NCBI RefSeq assembly: GCF_036365525.1
Contig: NW_027141112.1
Location: forward strand, 3,348,001-3,412,000
Length of the DNA stretch: 64,000 nt
Direction: 5' to 3'
DNA from: Heterodontus francisci
Taxonomy: Eukaryota
Notes under the pieces: model-generated
The model's database searches: none
Told to the model about the DNA's origin: nothing
The model's input: only the letters and a program-made list of their open reading frames with translations
Shown here: piece by piece, positions 24,697 to 37,352 of the stretch
Layout of the letters: every line of letters begins with the position of its first letter
Numbering within the stretch: the first letter of the stretch is position 1
Program-made: the position numbers and the translations under genes

Positions 24697-24732
24697 CACT
24701 GGTATAAGTAGGGTCTCATTTGACTGAATTCA
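24697..24732 (+). promoter_or_regulatory. TATA-containing core promoter of GPCR gene
   Basis: TATAAG at 24703, 76 bp before the ATG. The surrounding block aligns with the promoter of the paralogous exon at 58655-58688. Confidence 0.55.
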
Positions 24733-24778
24733 CAATTTTCAGTCAGAGTCTCACAGACAGCGTGCGATGACATGGAAC

Positions 24779-24848
24779 ATGGATTATCCATTCATCTTTG
24801 AATTTGAACGCATTTACCATCCTGTTCTTGCAGCCGTTGGTATAACGG
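24779..24848 (+). CDS. GPR139/142-like class-A GPCR, coding exon 1
   Basis: MDYPFIFEFERIYHPVLAAVGIT, then phase-1 donor G|GTAAG at 24849. Alternative in-frame ATG at 24767. Splices in frame to 28115. Confidence 0.85.
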
Positions 24849-25489
24849 GTAAGACAATAAAACTGGTCAAAGTATAAAGCAGTGTAACTGCTTCTGTTCT
24901 TGTTCCTTGTCCTCTACTGTACATAACAGTATTAATAAATTTGGACATAAGAAAGAGATGAAGAGCGTGTCAGAAAGACAGATGGAAAGAAAACAGGGAA
25001 TATGCAAACTGTGTAATATGTTTTGACGTCTGTGATATAATCGCCTATTCTATTGTATAAATATATTTAGTATTGTTAGTTGTCTGCTTAATAAGATTTC
25101 TTAATTAAAATTACCAATTTGTTTGAAACTTCAACCACAGAAATAATGGTAAGTGATGTCCCAGTACTCTATCTAGGAGAATTCCATATCTCCAACAGAC
25201 GCTCGCAACAGATGTCATCAGTCACCCCGTCAGAAATTGCACCATTGTTTCCATTGAGGTTTCAACTTTTTTTTTGTATTGTCGGAAATAACAAGGAGAA
25301 GCAAAGCATTTTCACCTGAAAATTAACCATTTTAGTCCAGACCATTGGCTATGAGCTCGTCACAAAAATCATGATTCCAGAGAAAGATAGTTCTGTATTG
25401 CTGGTACTGAAAGGGCCATGATCATTAATTGATTCAAATAAAAGTATTTTCCGTTGTTTAAATAGACTGCATGCCCAATATCAACAATA

Positions 25490-25590
25490 AAATAAAGCCA
25501 TAAAAATTGGCAATAATCGCCATGTCTGGCAGCTTCTGTAGCGAGGGAAACAGAGGTAACATTTTAGGTTGTTAACCTTTTATCAGTAGC
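25490..25590 (-). mobile_element. Penelope-like terminal fragment
   Basis: GTCTGGCAGCTTCTGTAGCGAGGGAAACAGAGGTAACATTTTAGGT is similar to 19710-19765. Confidence 0.45.
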
Positions 25591-26149
25591 TTTCACTCTG
25601 CCTGAGATCTGAGAGAAGTTGTCAGGGCCAGTGATTGCCTCGTAAGCTCTTGGCTGGTGAGGGTGCTGTTCGAAAGTCACCTCTGTAGGAAATCAATTAG
25701 TTATTAGGTAGCACTGTATGCGCAGTTATTTTCCGTCTTGCAACCAGTTACTTGGCTGTTTAAACTTGATAGGATGGCAATGTGACAGGTATCTAGGATA
25801 AGTCATAGTCTTTTAAAACTATGTTTGGAACACATGGCGTCTCCATTGATCCTTAAATGCAGGAGAAATACCATAGGGAAAGGTTTTGCAATTGATTATT
25901 TGATCATACTGAAACAGATGGATTTTTGTTAAATGTAAATACTGCATGTGAAAATTGCAATCTAAATGAAGCAGGCCGAAAATTATATCAATGGAATTCA
26001 TAGGTTATGGACAATGTAGTTTCAATACTCGCCAATCCAAGATTTCCCCAGTGCTTGGGAATTAAATGGTATGGAGAAACCCCGTAGGAGTATTTGGGAA
26101 CTTAGCTTCCAACAGAGCTGGGGAAAAGGGCAGCATCAGTTGAACCTGG

Positions 26150-26193
26150 GAGAGAGAGATGGATAGAGAGAGAAAGAGAGAGAGAGAGAGAGA
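26150..26193. repeat. (GA)n microsatellite
   Basis: Imperfect GAGAGA run. Confidence 0.9.
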
Positions 26194-26689
26194 GCAAAGC
26201 GGATTATGGGAAATGGATTTAGGTGGTGGTGGAAATGGATAAAGAGATGTATATGAACTGGAATTTTGTAAGAATGTCTCTTCATTGCACCTTTCCCTTT
26301 GCCTGATTTTCCCGTTATTTGATTCCCTCGCTCCACTCAAGACTTATCTCTCTCCAACCCACCAAACGCGCCATAAATTCCCCAGATCGCTGAGGGATTT
26401 ATTTTGTCCTGATTCTTCCTCCTTTGTCTGTCTCTCCATTACAGAGTTGCCTGAAAGGACAGGGAGGGTTATCAGTATTGGTTGACCGAGAAAGATGAGA
26501 TTGCAAAGGTGGGTAAATTAAAGAGCAAACAGGCTATGACAGTAGGGCTGGTAAGTGTGATTTCGTTGGTTCGTTTCCCGTTTTGACACACCTTTGAATT
26601 CATTATTAATCGTATTGCAGTCTCTTACCTTCATTCCACATTCCATTTTTCATCTTGTCTATTTTTGCTCCACATCAATGTCTAGTCAG

Positions 26690-27800
26690 CAATCGCATCT
26701 TGTGTTAATATAGCGCCTTTTAAGGAATAAAACTTCCCTTGCCCCTTCACAGGAGCATTACAGAGGGGAAAAATGTCACTCCGAGCAACGTAAGGAAATA
26801 ATGGCATGCTTTAAGGAATATCATAAATGAGCAAAGCGAGTTAGAGATGTGAATAGATTTCGAAGGGAATTTCAGAGCTCAGAACCCAGGCAGGGAATGC
26901 ATGGTCGCCAATTGTGAAGCAATTAATATCAAGGATGAACAAGCGGCAAGGATTAGAGGAGACTAGAAATCTGCAAAGATTTTCTAACTGATGGAGACTA
27001 CAGGGTTGTGGGTGGGGGGAGGGGGCGAGGAAATCAACGGAATTCAAAACAAGGCTGAAAATTTTACAATAGAGGCGTTGTTTGGCAGGCAGCCAACATA
27101 GGTCAGCGAGCACAAGGGTGATCGGGAAGTGGGACTATGTGCGAGTGAATCCATCAGCAGCAGGGTTTTGAATGACTGCAAGTTTACAGAAGAAAGAATG
27201 TGGGAAGCCAGTCAGGAGTGTATTGGCATATTCAAATCTGGAGGTAACAATAGAATGGATGAGGGTTTCAGCAGCAGATGAGTTGAGGCAGGGGCCAAGT
27301 TGGGCAGTGGACAGAGGTTGAAATAGGTTGCCTTAGTGATGGCGCAGATATGTGGTTGGCTCCTCATCAGGTATAACATTGACGTTATGAACAGTCTTGC
27401 TCAATGTCAGACAATTGTCACGGAGTGGCTTGGAATTAATGGCTAGGGAACAGGGATGTGACGGGGCAGAAGACAATGGTTTCACTCTTCCTAATATTTA
27501 ACTGAAGGAAATGTTGTTCATCATGGATTTCAGACAAGCAGTGTGATAATTTAGAGGCGTGGAGGAGTTGACAGACGTGGTGATGTAAAGCTTGGTGTTG
27601 TCAACAGAAATGTGGAAAATGATGCAGCATTTTCGAATGATGAAGCCGAGGAGTAGCATGTCAATGAGAAATGGGAGCGGATAAAGGATAGATCATTGAT
27701 GGACAGTAGAGGTAACGGTAGAGTACACTTTGCAGGTAATTATTTGGCGACAATTGGAAGGGTAAGAATGAGACCCGGTGAGAGCAGTCCCATCCATCGG
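26690..27800 (-). mobile_element. L2 LINE 3' portion in the GPCR intron
   Basis: ORF 26841-27113 LADLCWLPAKQRLYCKI..TIGDHAF matches the L2 ORF2 C-terminus; L2-type tail at about 26700. Confidence 0.75.
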
Positions 27801-28114
27801 GATTCTCATATTACACGTGTCTTGTTCCCTTCCTCCTTCATGTAATCTTTTTTTTTTCTGAAGCAACACACGTTATAGCTGCATATTCAGAATCTTCTGC
27901 ATTCTTGCATTTTCCCTGAATCTTTTATTTAACTCAGTTTCCGTACAATTCAGTTCATTTTAATTTGCCTCATTGCAACTCCAGATCAGTTTTGTGTCCA
28001 GAACTAATCACAATTAACAAAGCAAACATCAAAGCTGAAATTAGTGCCAAGGGTCGGGGACTGCGACTTATCTTGGGATGGTCTAATGATAATTCCCTTT
28101 TCTCTCTCTTGCAG

Positions 28115-29018
28115 TGAACCTGCTCGCGATTGTGATCCTGTCCCGTGGAAAATGCGGTCTCTCCAAATGTGTCACTCATTACTTGGTGGCCATGGCAGTG
28201 GCGGATCTAATGGTGGTGATCATTGAAGTAATATTGAAGCGAATTAACAATATTTACTTGCCAATAAAATTCTTGTTCATCACTCCTGTATGCGCCATGA
28301 AACTTGTCACGAAAATTGCAGCACTGGACTGCTCCGTCTGGTTCATGGTTGCTTTCACCTTTGATCGCTTTGTAGCCATTTGTTGTCCGAATCTTCAGCG
28401 AAAGCATTGTACCCAGAGAACGGCGAACATGGTTTCAGCGACCGTGTGTGTGCTCGGCTGCCTGAGAAGCATCCCCTTTTATTTCGTGTATGTACCCCAA
28501 CTTATAATTAACAACATTCCATACTTCTGCATTGAAACCTTTGCCTATTACACTTCGCCCTTATGGGCGGTGTACGAGTGGTTTGACAGTATTTTAACAC
28601 ATTTATTGCCGATCTTTTTGATCCTTTTGTTAACTGTGAAACTGTTCACTGTGAAACATATTCTAAAGTCCAATACATCCGCAGGGCGCTCCTCAGCAGC
28701 ATCAATAACCAAAATGATCCAGAGAGTGAGAACCGGAAGAGATCAATGATCTTGCTCTTTACTATATCTGGTAATTTAATTCTTCTCTGGATGACATATG
28801 TTGTGCATTCCCTAAGGTGGCGGGTGAAAAACTACAATTATACAGACAGATACTACAGTAACCCAATATACATCAACCAGCAAATGGGATTCATGCTGCA
28901 GCTTCTCAGTTCTTGCACCAACACATGTATTTATGGGCTGACACAGAGAAAATTCAGCGAAGAGCTGATGATTGGAATGAAATACATGATCACACTGAAT
29001 GGGAGATTATGTAAATAG
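28115..29018 (+). pseudogene. GPR139/142-like class-A GPCR, coding exon 2 (TM1-TM7), one frameshift
   Basis: Polypyrimidine tract and AG acceptor at 28113-28114. Reads VNLLAIVILSRGKCGLS, LVAMAVADL, FTFDRFVAICC, TM6 ILLFTISGNLILLW and TM7 SSCTNTCIY. A -1 frameshift near 28676 joins ORFs 28114-28749 and 28746-29018. Confidence 0.9.
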
Positions 29019-29719
29019 CAAGCAATTGACAGAAAGATGCATCTGTGTAGATTGAAATCCATACCCTTCTTCTGTCCCATAACACCAGACTGGCTTCTGA
29101 TGGCAGGAAACAGGCTGACTCTCTTAAGAGCGAGAACTGGCCAATAAACCACCTACTCAGCCCAATGCAGCTGCATTGTAAAGCACACTGGACCACATCA
29201 GATAAATATGAAGTAATATTGCGGAGTGGATCATGTCCGTTAAATGTGAACCATTAATAATAATGCACACTTTGACCACATCGACTAAATGGGGAGTGTC
29301 TACGAATAATTCGCGTTCCACCACAGCTGGCAAATGTGGAGTCTTCAATGCTAATGCACACTGGATCGCATCTGATAAAAATGAAGCAGTTAATGATAAT
29401 GGACACGGGATCACATCTGGTAAATGTGAAACGTTGAGTAATAACGTACACAGGATCACATCTGGTAAATGTGAAACATTGGGTAATAATGCACACTGGA
29501 CGCACATCTGGTAAATGTGAAGCAACAGTAATGACAAACACTGGACCAGTTAGGATAAATGTGAAGCAATATTAATAATAAACACTGGACCACATCTGGT
29601 AAATGTGAGCCATTTAATAATATTGCACACTGGACCACATCTGGTAAATGTGAACTGTTCAATAATGATGCACATTGCGTTCAATAATATTGTAAACTGG
29701 AACGTGTGTGGTGTTTAGT

Positions 29720-30213
29720 AATTTTAATTCTTTCAGGGCATGTGGGCACTGCTGGCAAGAATAGCATTTTTTTGCCCGCCCGTAATTGCCCTTGGCAACT
29801 AAATGGCTTGCTAGGCCAGTCAGTTAAGAGCCAACCACATTTCTTTGGGTCTCAACTCATCGAGTCATAGAGTTATACAGCGCAGAAACAGGCCCTTCGG
29901 CCCATCGTGTCCACGCCGGCCATCCAGCACTTAACTATTCTAATTCCATATTCCTGCACTTGGCCCGTTGCTTTCAAGTGCTCATATGTAGAGCAGAGCA
30001 CGTAAGGACAGAAGACTCTTTCCCTAAAGGATATTATTGAACCAGATGGGTTTTTAACAACAATCAATGACAGTTTCACGCCTCCAGTACTAATGAGCTG
30101 AAATCACAATCCCGCCACTGGCGTGATGGGGTTTGAACATGTGCGCTCAGGGAATTCGACTAGGTCTTTACAGCACTACTTCAGTGACGTTGCCACCATG
30201 TCACCACATCCCA
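29720..30213 (-). mobile_element. SINE inserted in the minisatellite
   Basis: Reverse complement of the tail (GCCCGCCCGTAATTGCCCTT), core and B-box (GGGGTTTGAAC). Confidence 0.8.
29861..29985 (-). mobile_element. CR1 3' tip inserted in the SINE
   Basis: GAGTCATAGAGTTATACAGCGCAGAAACAGGCCCTTCGGCCC; the SINE resumes at 29986. Confidence 0.8.
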
Positions 30214-31904
30214 TATGCACCGGACCTAATGCGGCAAATTTGAAACTTTTAATGATAATGCATCTTGGATCATACCTGATAAGTATTAATTCTTCAACAA
30301 TAATGCACACTGGACCACAACTGGTAAATGTGAAACATTTAATCATAATACACACTGACCCTCAACTGTTAAATGTGTATAATGTAATAGTAATACAAAC
30401 TGGACCACATCTGGTAAATCTTAATCTTTTAATCATGATGAAATCTTGAACATGTCTGGTAAATGCGAAACATTTATCAATTATACACACTGGAACACAT
30501 CTTGTAAAGGTGATTCATTTCACATTAAGGCACAGTGGATAACATCTGGTAAATATGAAGCATATAATAATAATGCACAGTGCAGCACATCTGGTAAAAG
30601 TGAATCATTCAACATTAAGGTGCAATGGACAACATCTGGGAAATGTGAAGCATTTAATAATATTGCACCCTGGACCACACACAATAAATGTGAAGCATTT
30701 TACACGAATGCACACTAGATCTCAAATGGTAAATGACCATTATTAAATGGGAATACAAACTGGACCACATCTGGTAAATCTGAATCTTGCAATAATAATG
30801 CACACTGGAACACATCTTGCAAACTTGAATCAGTTAACATGAAAGCCATTGGACAATATCTGGGAAATGTGAAGCATTTAATAATAATTAACACTGGACC
30901 ATATCTAGTAAATGTGACACATTTAACATTACGGCACAGTGGACCACATCTAGTAAATATGAAGCATTTGATAATAATGTGCAATGGATCTCAACTGGGA
31001 AATGATTATCATTTAATAGTAAGACAAACTAGACCACATCTGGTAAATCTGAATCTTTTCATAACAATGCACACTTGAGCAAATCTGGTAGATGTGACTC
31101 ATTTAAAAGTAATGGAAACTGGGACACACCTTGTAAATGTGAATCACTTAACATTAAGGCACACCAGACAACATCTGGGAAATGTAAACCATTTAATAAC
31201 AATGCAAGCTGGATTACATCTGGTAAATGTGAAGCATTTGATTATAAAGCAAACTGGATCATTTAATAGTAATACAAACTGGACCACGTTTGGTAAATCT
31301 GAATCTTTTCATAAACATGCACACTTGAGCATATCTGGTAAATGTAAATCATTTAATAATTATGCAAACTGGATTACATCTTTTAAACGTGATGCATTTG
31401 ACATTAAGACACACTAGATAACATCTGAGAAATGTGAAGTATTGAATAATAATTTACACTGGAACACATCTGATAACTGTGAAGTATTTAATAATAGTGC
31501 ACATTGAAGCACATCTGATAAATGTGAATCATTTAGCATGAAGGCTCACTGGAGCATATCTGGCAAACATGAAGCATTTAATACGAATGCACACTGAAGC
31601 ACATCTGGTAAATGTAAATCATTCAACTTTAAAGTGCACTGGGAAACATTTGGGAAATTGAAGCATTTAATAATAATGTTCACTGAAGCACATTGGTAAA
31701 TGCGAATCATTTAAAATGAAGGCATACTGGACCACAACTGGTAAGTGTGTGAAGCATTTAATATGAATGCACACTGGATCACAAATGGTAAATGAGTATC
31801 ATTTACTAACAATACAAACTGGACCACATCTGGTAAATCTGAATCTTTTAATAACAATGCACACTGGAACACCTCTTGTAAATGTGAGACAGTTAACATT
31901 AATC

Positions 31905-32495
31905 ATGGAAGCGGGAAGGGGTTAGCTCTACATTCGTTCATCAATTTGGAAAGGAAGGAACAACTCTTCATTTATTTATTGATAAAGCGGTAAGGGGCCG
32001 CTGTGTACCTTTGTATAGATATGGGGGAACGGGACAACTCTGCGTTCGTTTCTCGATAAGGCATATTAAAGGGGCAACTCTGCACCTGCTTATTAATAAG
32101 GGGAGGGTGCACTTCTGCATCTGTTTATCAATAAAGCGGAGCAGAAGGCTACTCTGCATCTGTGTATCGATATGGTGGAGCAGGAGGCTACTCTGCATCT
32201 GTTTATCAATAAAGCAGCGCAGGGGGCAATTCTGCATATGCTCATCAATAAAGTGGAGCAGGAGGCAATTGTGCATCTCTTTATTGGTAAAGCAGAGCAG
32301 GAGGCTGCACTTATCTGTGCATCGATAAAGGAGAAGAAGGCAATTCTGCACCTGTTTATCAATAGGGTGGGGAAGAGAGCAACTCTGCATTTGTTTTTCG
32401 ATAAGTCGGGGAATGGAGCAATTCTGCAGTTGTGCATGATTGGAGAGGGGTGGCGGTAACGCTGCAAATTTATACACTGTTTGGGGGCACAACTG
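31905..32495. repeat. 39-bp minisatellite array
   Basis: Consensus about TTATCAATAAAGCGGAGCAGGAGGCTACTCTGCATCTGT; 13-aa periodicity (IDKQMQSSLLLRF). Confidence 0.9.
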
Positions 32496-32909
32496 GGAAA
32501 CAGTGTAGGTTGCTGTTGCACGTGGTCCAGTGCAGGCAAATCAAATGATATTCCAATGGTCCTGATGGCTGAAACTTACTTAAAACTTGTGTGGGCGATG
32601 TTTTGCCATCACATTGAACTCATGTTAGAATGCTACTGAAGGAGGAATTAACAGAAACCTCTGTCCATGTAGGCGTACTTGACATTTTGAAGGAAGCCAA
32701 CGTTGCCAGATGTATAGAGCTAACTACAATTCATTCTGTTTTCCTTCAGCCCTTTGCTGTGATGAGGTATCGATACAAGTGGCAGGCCCCACAGGTAGGT
32801 GCGCCCGAGCAGCAGCTGCAGCCTCACAGACACGAGTAGCAACTTCCACGAAGGCACAGAGTAGCCCAGATATGCCAGAAAGCAAACATCTCAGATCCAG
32901 AACATCACT

Positions 32910-33898
32910 GCATCAGGACATCAGGACATTCCTGAGGGTAGTATCCTAGTCCCAACCATTTTCAGCTGCTTAACAATAACTTTCGTTAAATCATAAGGTC
33001 AGAGTGAGAATAGTCGCTGATGATTGCACAATGTACAAAACCATTCGCGAATCCTCTAACACTGAAGCAGTCCGTGTAGAAATGCAGCTACACCTGAGCA
33101 ACATCCAGGTTTAGGCTGATAGTTGGCAAGTAACTTTTGTGCCACACAAGTGCCAGGCAATGACCATCTCCAAGAGGTGTGTATCTAACCATCTCCCCTT
33201 GACGCTCAATGGCATAACGATCACTGAATCCCCCACTCTCAACATCCTGGGGGTTACGATTGACCAGAAACGGAACTGGAGTTGACAAATAAATAGAGTG
33301 GCTACGAGATCAGGTCAGAGGCTAGGAATCCTGCGGCGAGTAAGTCATTTTCTGACTCCCAAAGCCGGTCTATCATCTACAAGGCACAAGTCAGGAGTGT
33401 GATGGAATAGCCTCCCATTGTCTGGATGGGTGCAGCTCCAACAACACTCAAGAAGCTCGACCCCATCCAACACCCTGCTTGATTGGTATCCCCTGCACAA
33501 GCATTCACTCCCTCCACGACTAGCGCACGGTGGCAGCAGTGTGTGCAATTTACTAAGTGCACTGAAGCAAAGCAACAAGACTACTTCGGCAGCACCTTCC
33601 AAACCCGCGAATAGTATCACCGAGAAGAGCAAGGGCAGCCTATACATGGTAACACTACCACCTGTAAGTTCCCCTCCAAGCCACACAACATTCTTACTTG
33701 GAATGATATCACTGTTCCTTCACCGTCGCTCGGTCAAGAACTTGGAATTCACTTCCAAATAGCAATGTAGGTGTACCGACCCCACATCAACGGCAGCGGT
33801 TCAAGAAGGCAGCTCATCGCTACCTTTGCAAAGGCAATTAGGGATGGGCAATAAATGTTGACCCAGCCAGCGACGCCCACAACCCAGGAACGAGTAAG
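32910..33898 (+). mobile_element. CR1-clade LINE (second family), RT to 3' end
   Basis: PEGSILVPTIFSC..ADDCTM and ADSWQVTFVPHKCQ; tail GGCAATTAGGGATGGGCAATAAATG...GACGCCCAC. Confidence 0.85.
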
Positions 33899-33899
33899 A

Positions 33900-36790
33900 A
33901 ACTTCCAAGTGTACAGTTATCTCAGCCTTTACAATAGATTCTAACATTTTCGCTAGTACTGATGTCTAACTAACAGGCCAGTAGTTATCTCTTTACTCTC
34001 TTGCTTCCTTCTCAAATAGTGGGGTTAGATTTTCTACTTTTCCATAAGCAGCAACTCTTCCATAATTCACAGAAGTTTGAAAGAAAGCTACTAAAACCTC
34101 CATTATGTATTTAGCGATCTAGTTTGATACTCTGTAATGCCTCTCATCTGGTCCGAGGGATTTATCAACTTTCAATCCAATCATTGTTTCTAGTACTATC
34201 TTTTTATTATTATTAATTCCTTTCAGTTCCTCATTTTACTTTTACCTTGGTTCCCTAGCCTATCTGGAATATTTTCTGCTTCTTCCACCGTGAAGGGAAA
34301 TGCAATCTAATTGTTTCGTCTTTGCGTTTTTTCTTCCATTCAACACCACAAGCTCTCCTGTCATCGCTAATAGTTTCCTTCTCACACACCTAAAGAAGAT
34401 TTTACAGACCTTATTTATGTGACTAGCAATTTGCATTCATAATAATTTTTCTTTCTGTATCAGTTTCTTGGTGCTCCTTTGTTGGACACTAAATTCCTCC
34501 CCATCCTTGGGCTTATCAGCCACTTCCTATGACCTACTGCAATCTTTAAACTTATTTTGTTATTCACGGCTGAATCACCTTTCTTTTTTTGTGTGTGTTT
34601 CAGACGAATGTTTATTTGTTGTAAACCGTGTCATACTTCTTTAAATACTAGCCATTGCCAGGCAACTGACAAATCCTTTAATGCATTTTCCCAATACTCC
34701 ATAACCAACTTGCCTCTCATACATTCATCGTTTACTTTGTTGAGATTTAAGACCCCAGTTTCACAATGACCTATATCTATTTCAAACATAATGTAGAATT
34801 CTAACGTGATGTAGTCAGTGTTTCCCATTAGTTCATTTACACCAAGGTTATGAATTTGTCCTTTCTCATTACATAATACTAAATGGACAATAGCCCACTC
34901 CCGCTCCCGAGTTGGTCCTTCAACATACTGCTCCAGAAACCCATCTCGTTCATACTCCAGGAATTCATCCTCCTCCGCATCAGTGCTGATTAGTTTTACC
35001 AAGTCTATATGCAAATCGATCACACCCATTATTACTGCATTGCCCATTTTAAAATGCACTTCTAATCTCCTGCTTTATACTGTGCCCAACATTAGCACTA
35101 TGGTTTTGTGGCCTATAAACAACTCCCACCAATGTTTGATGCCCCTTGCTGCTTCTCAACTCCACCGAAACGGATTCTACATCTTGCTCCTTAGATCTAA
35201 GATCCTCTCTCATGAATGTACTGATCTCCTCCCTTATTAAAAGCGCGACACCACGTCCTTCTCCCGTTCGCCCACTGCTCCCAAATTACGACTATCACTG
35301 AATATTTACTTCCCAGCCCTGGCCACCCTGTAACCACGTCTTCTGAATGGCAAGAAATCGTACCGATTTATCTCTATTTGACTTTCAAATCACCTACATT
35401 ATTTCTCATGCTTCGTGCATTCAGATAGAGTTCCCTTAAGTTTGTCTTAACATTATTCCTCATTCCCACCTATTTGAAATGTGTCTTCATGTCGTCTGCT
35501 TTCCAATTTCGGTTACTGATTTTCTACTTCCTCTTACCATTTTTGCTTCCCTCCTATCTGAGTTTCCTCTTAATTTCTCAACCCCTGACAATTGGGTTTA
35601 AACCCTCCATAACAGTATTAGCAAACCACCCGGTAAGGACGTTAGCTCTGGCCCGGCTAAGGTGCAACCCACCCACCATGTACAGGTCCCACATACTCCA
35701 TAACAGATCTCAATGCCTCAGGTACCTGATGCCCTCCCTCCAAGCACGTGTTAAATCGCTTATTCCTTCTATTCCTATGCTCGCTAGCACGTGGCACTAG
35801 GAGTAATGCCAAGATAACAGCTCTTCATTTTCTACTCTTAATTTCCTTCCTAACTCATTAAAATCTGCTTCGAGGACCTCATCCCTCTTCTTTCCTATGC
35901 AATTGTTACCAATGTGGACCACGACCTCTGGTTGGTCACCCTCCCCCATAACAACGTCCTTCAGCTGCTCTGTGACATCCTTGACCATGGCACCAGGGCG
36001 GCAACATACCATCTGGTGTCAATTCTGCAGCCACACAGATGCCTGTCTGTTTCTCAAACTAATGAATCCCCTATCACTACTGATTTTGCACTCTTCTGGC
36101 TCTCCTCCTGTGCAGCTGAGCCACCTGTTGCACCATGGACATGGCTGTTGCTGCATTCCTTTGAGGAACCACCGGCCTCACCATTATCCAAAATGGATAA
36201 CCAGTTAACCAGTGAGATTGACTCAAGTGACTCCTGCACTACCTGCTTGGTCCTCGTAGACTGCCCTTGGTCTCCCATTCCCTCTCTGCCGACATGCTCC
36301 TACCTGCGGTGTAACCACGTCCCTAATGGTGTTATCCAAGTCGTTCATGCATCACGGATGCACCACAGTGACTCCAGCCTCCCCTTTAGTTCCAGAACCC
36401 AGAGGTCGAGCCTCTGCAGCTGAAGACACTTACGACAGATGGGTTTGTCAAAAACATAGTGTGTCCCCTACTTCCCACATAACACAGGAGGCACATTCCT
36501 CTCGACCGAGGTTGCAGCCAGCCATGTCAGCCATCACGATTTAAATTACTTACTTCCAGCCATGGAATAAAGAACTATGCCCACCCCAACAGGTCTATTG
36601 AGGCCTCTGTAAAAACAATGGCCCTTGGCCATTGTCACAGACTCACAGATGTGCGGTAAGGCAACTTTTTAAATTGTTTTCCTGAAGTTTAACCGGGCAC
36701 TCTCGCTGCCTGTTTAAGGGACTAACCAAAGGTGGGACTTTCGTGCCAGTGGATACTATGGCAGCAACTGCAGAGCAGATCCAATTGTCC
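33900..36790 (-). mobile_element. Decayed CR1 (5' UTR, ORF1, APE, start of RT)
   Basis: ORF1 Cys motifs at about 36430-36500; VVIGDSLV (36054-36278); VVVHIGNNCIG (35797-36012); APE-like ORF 34631-35059. Confidence 0.85.
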
Positions 36791-36802
36791 AACTCTCGGA
36801 CA

Positions 36803-37352
36803 AAGGACAAAGAACAAAGAACAGTACAGCACGGGAACCGGCCATTCGGCCCTCGAAGCCTGCACCGATCTTGATGCCTGTCTAAACTAACACCTTCTGC
36901 AATCCGGGGTCATATCCCTCTATTCCCTTCATATTCATGTATTTGTCAAGATGTCTCCTAAACGTCGCTATCGTATCTGCTTCCACCACCTCTCCTGGCA
37001 GTGTGTTCCAGGATTCACCACCCTCTGTGTAAAAGACTTGCCCCGCACATCCCCTCTAAACTTTTCCTCTCGCACCTTAAACCTATGTCCCCCAGTAACT
37101 GACTATTCCACCCGGGGAAAAAGCTTCTGACTATCCACTCTGTCCATGCCGCTCATAACTTTGTACAACTCTCTAATGTCGCCCCTCCACCTCCGTCGTT
37201 CCAGTGAAAATAATACGAGTTTTTCCCAACCTCTCCTTATCGCTAATACCCTCCAGACCAGGCTACATCCTGGTAAACCTCCTCTCTACCCTCTCCAAAG
37301 CCTCCACGTCCCTCTGGTAGTGTGGCGACCAGAATTTAACGCAATATTCTAC
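36803..37352 (-). mobile_element. CR1 3' fragment
   Basis: (AAAGAAC)n tail on the + strand. Minus strand carries EYCVKFWSPHY and the ORF2 C-terminus. Confidence 0.9.

Larger units (their letters stand above)
29165..31900. repeat. 45-bp minisatellite array
   Basis: Consensus about CACATCTGGTAAATGTGAAGCATTTAATAATAATGCACACTGGAC; 15-aa periodicity in ORFs; interrupted at about 29720-30213. Confidence 0.95.

Noticed and set aside
29165-31900. CRISPR-like array (conserved core with variable intervening bases)
   Set aside because: The variable parts are homologous to one another rather than unique spacers, the core itself is degenerate, there are no cas genes and the context is vertebrate.
29165-31900. 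C2H2 zinc-finger gene (HTG and KCE motifs)
   Set aside because: Period is 45 bp rather than 84 bp, HTG and KC lie in different frames, there is no CxxC...HxxxH and stops are frequent.
31968-32539. Repeat-protein genes of 174 and 148 aa
   Set aside because: Open frames result from a 39-bp unit divisible by three. No splice or promoter support.
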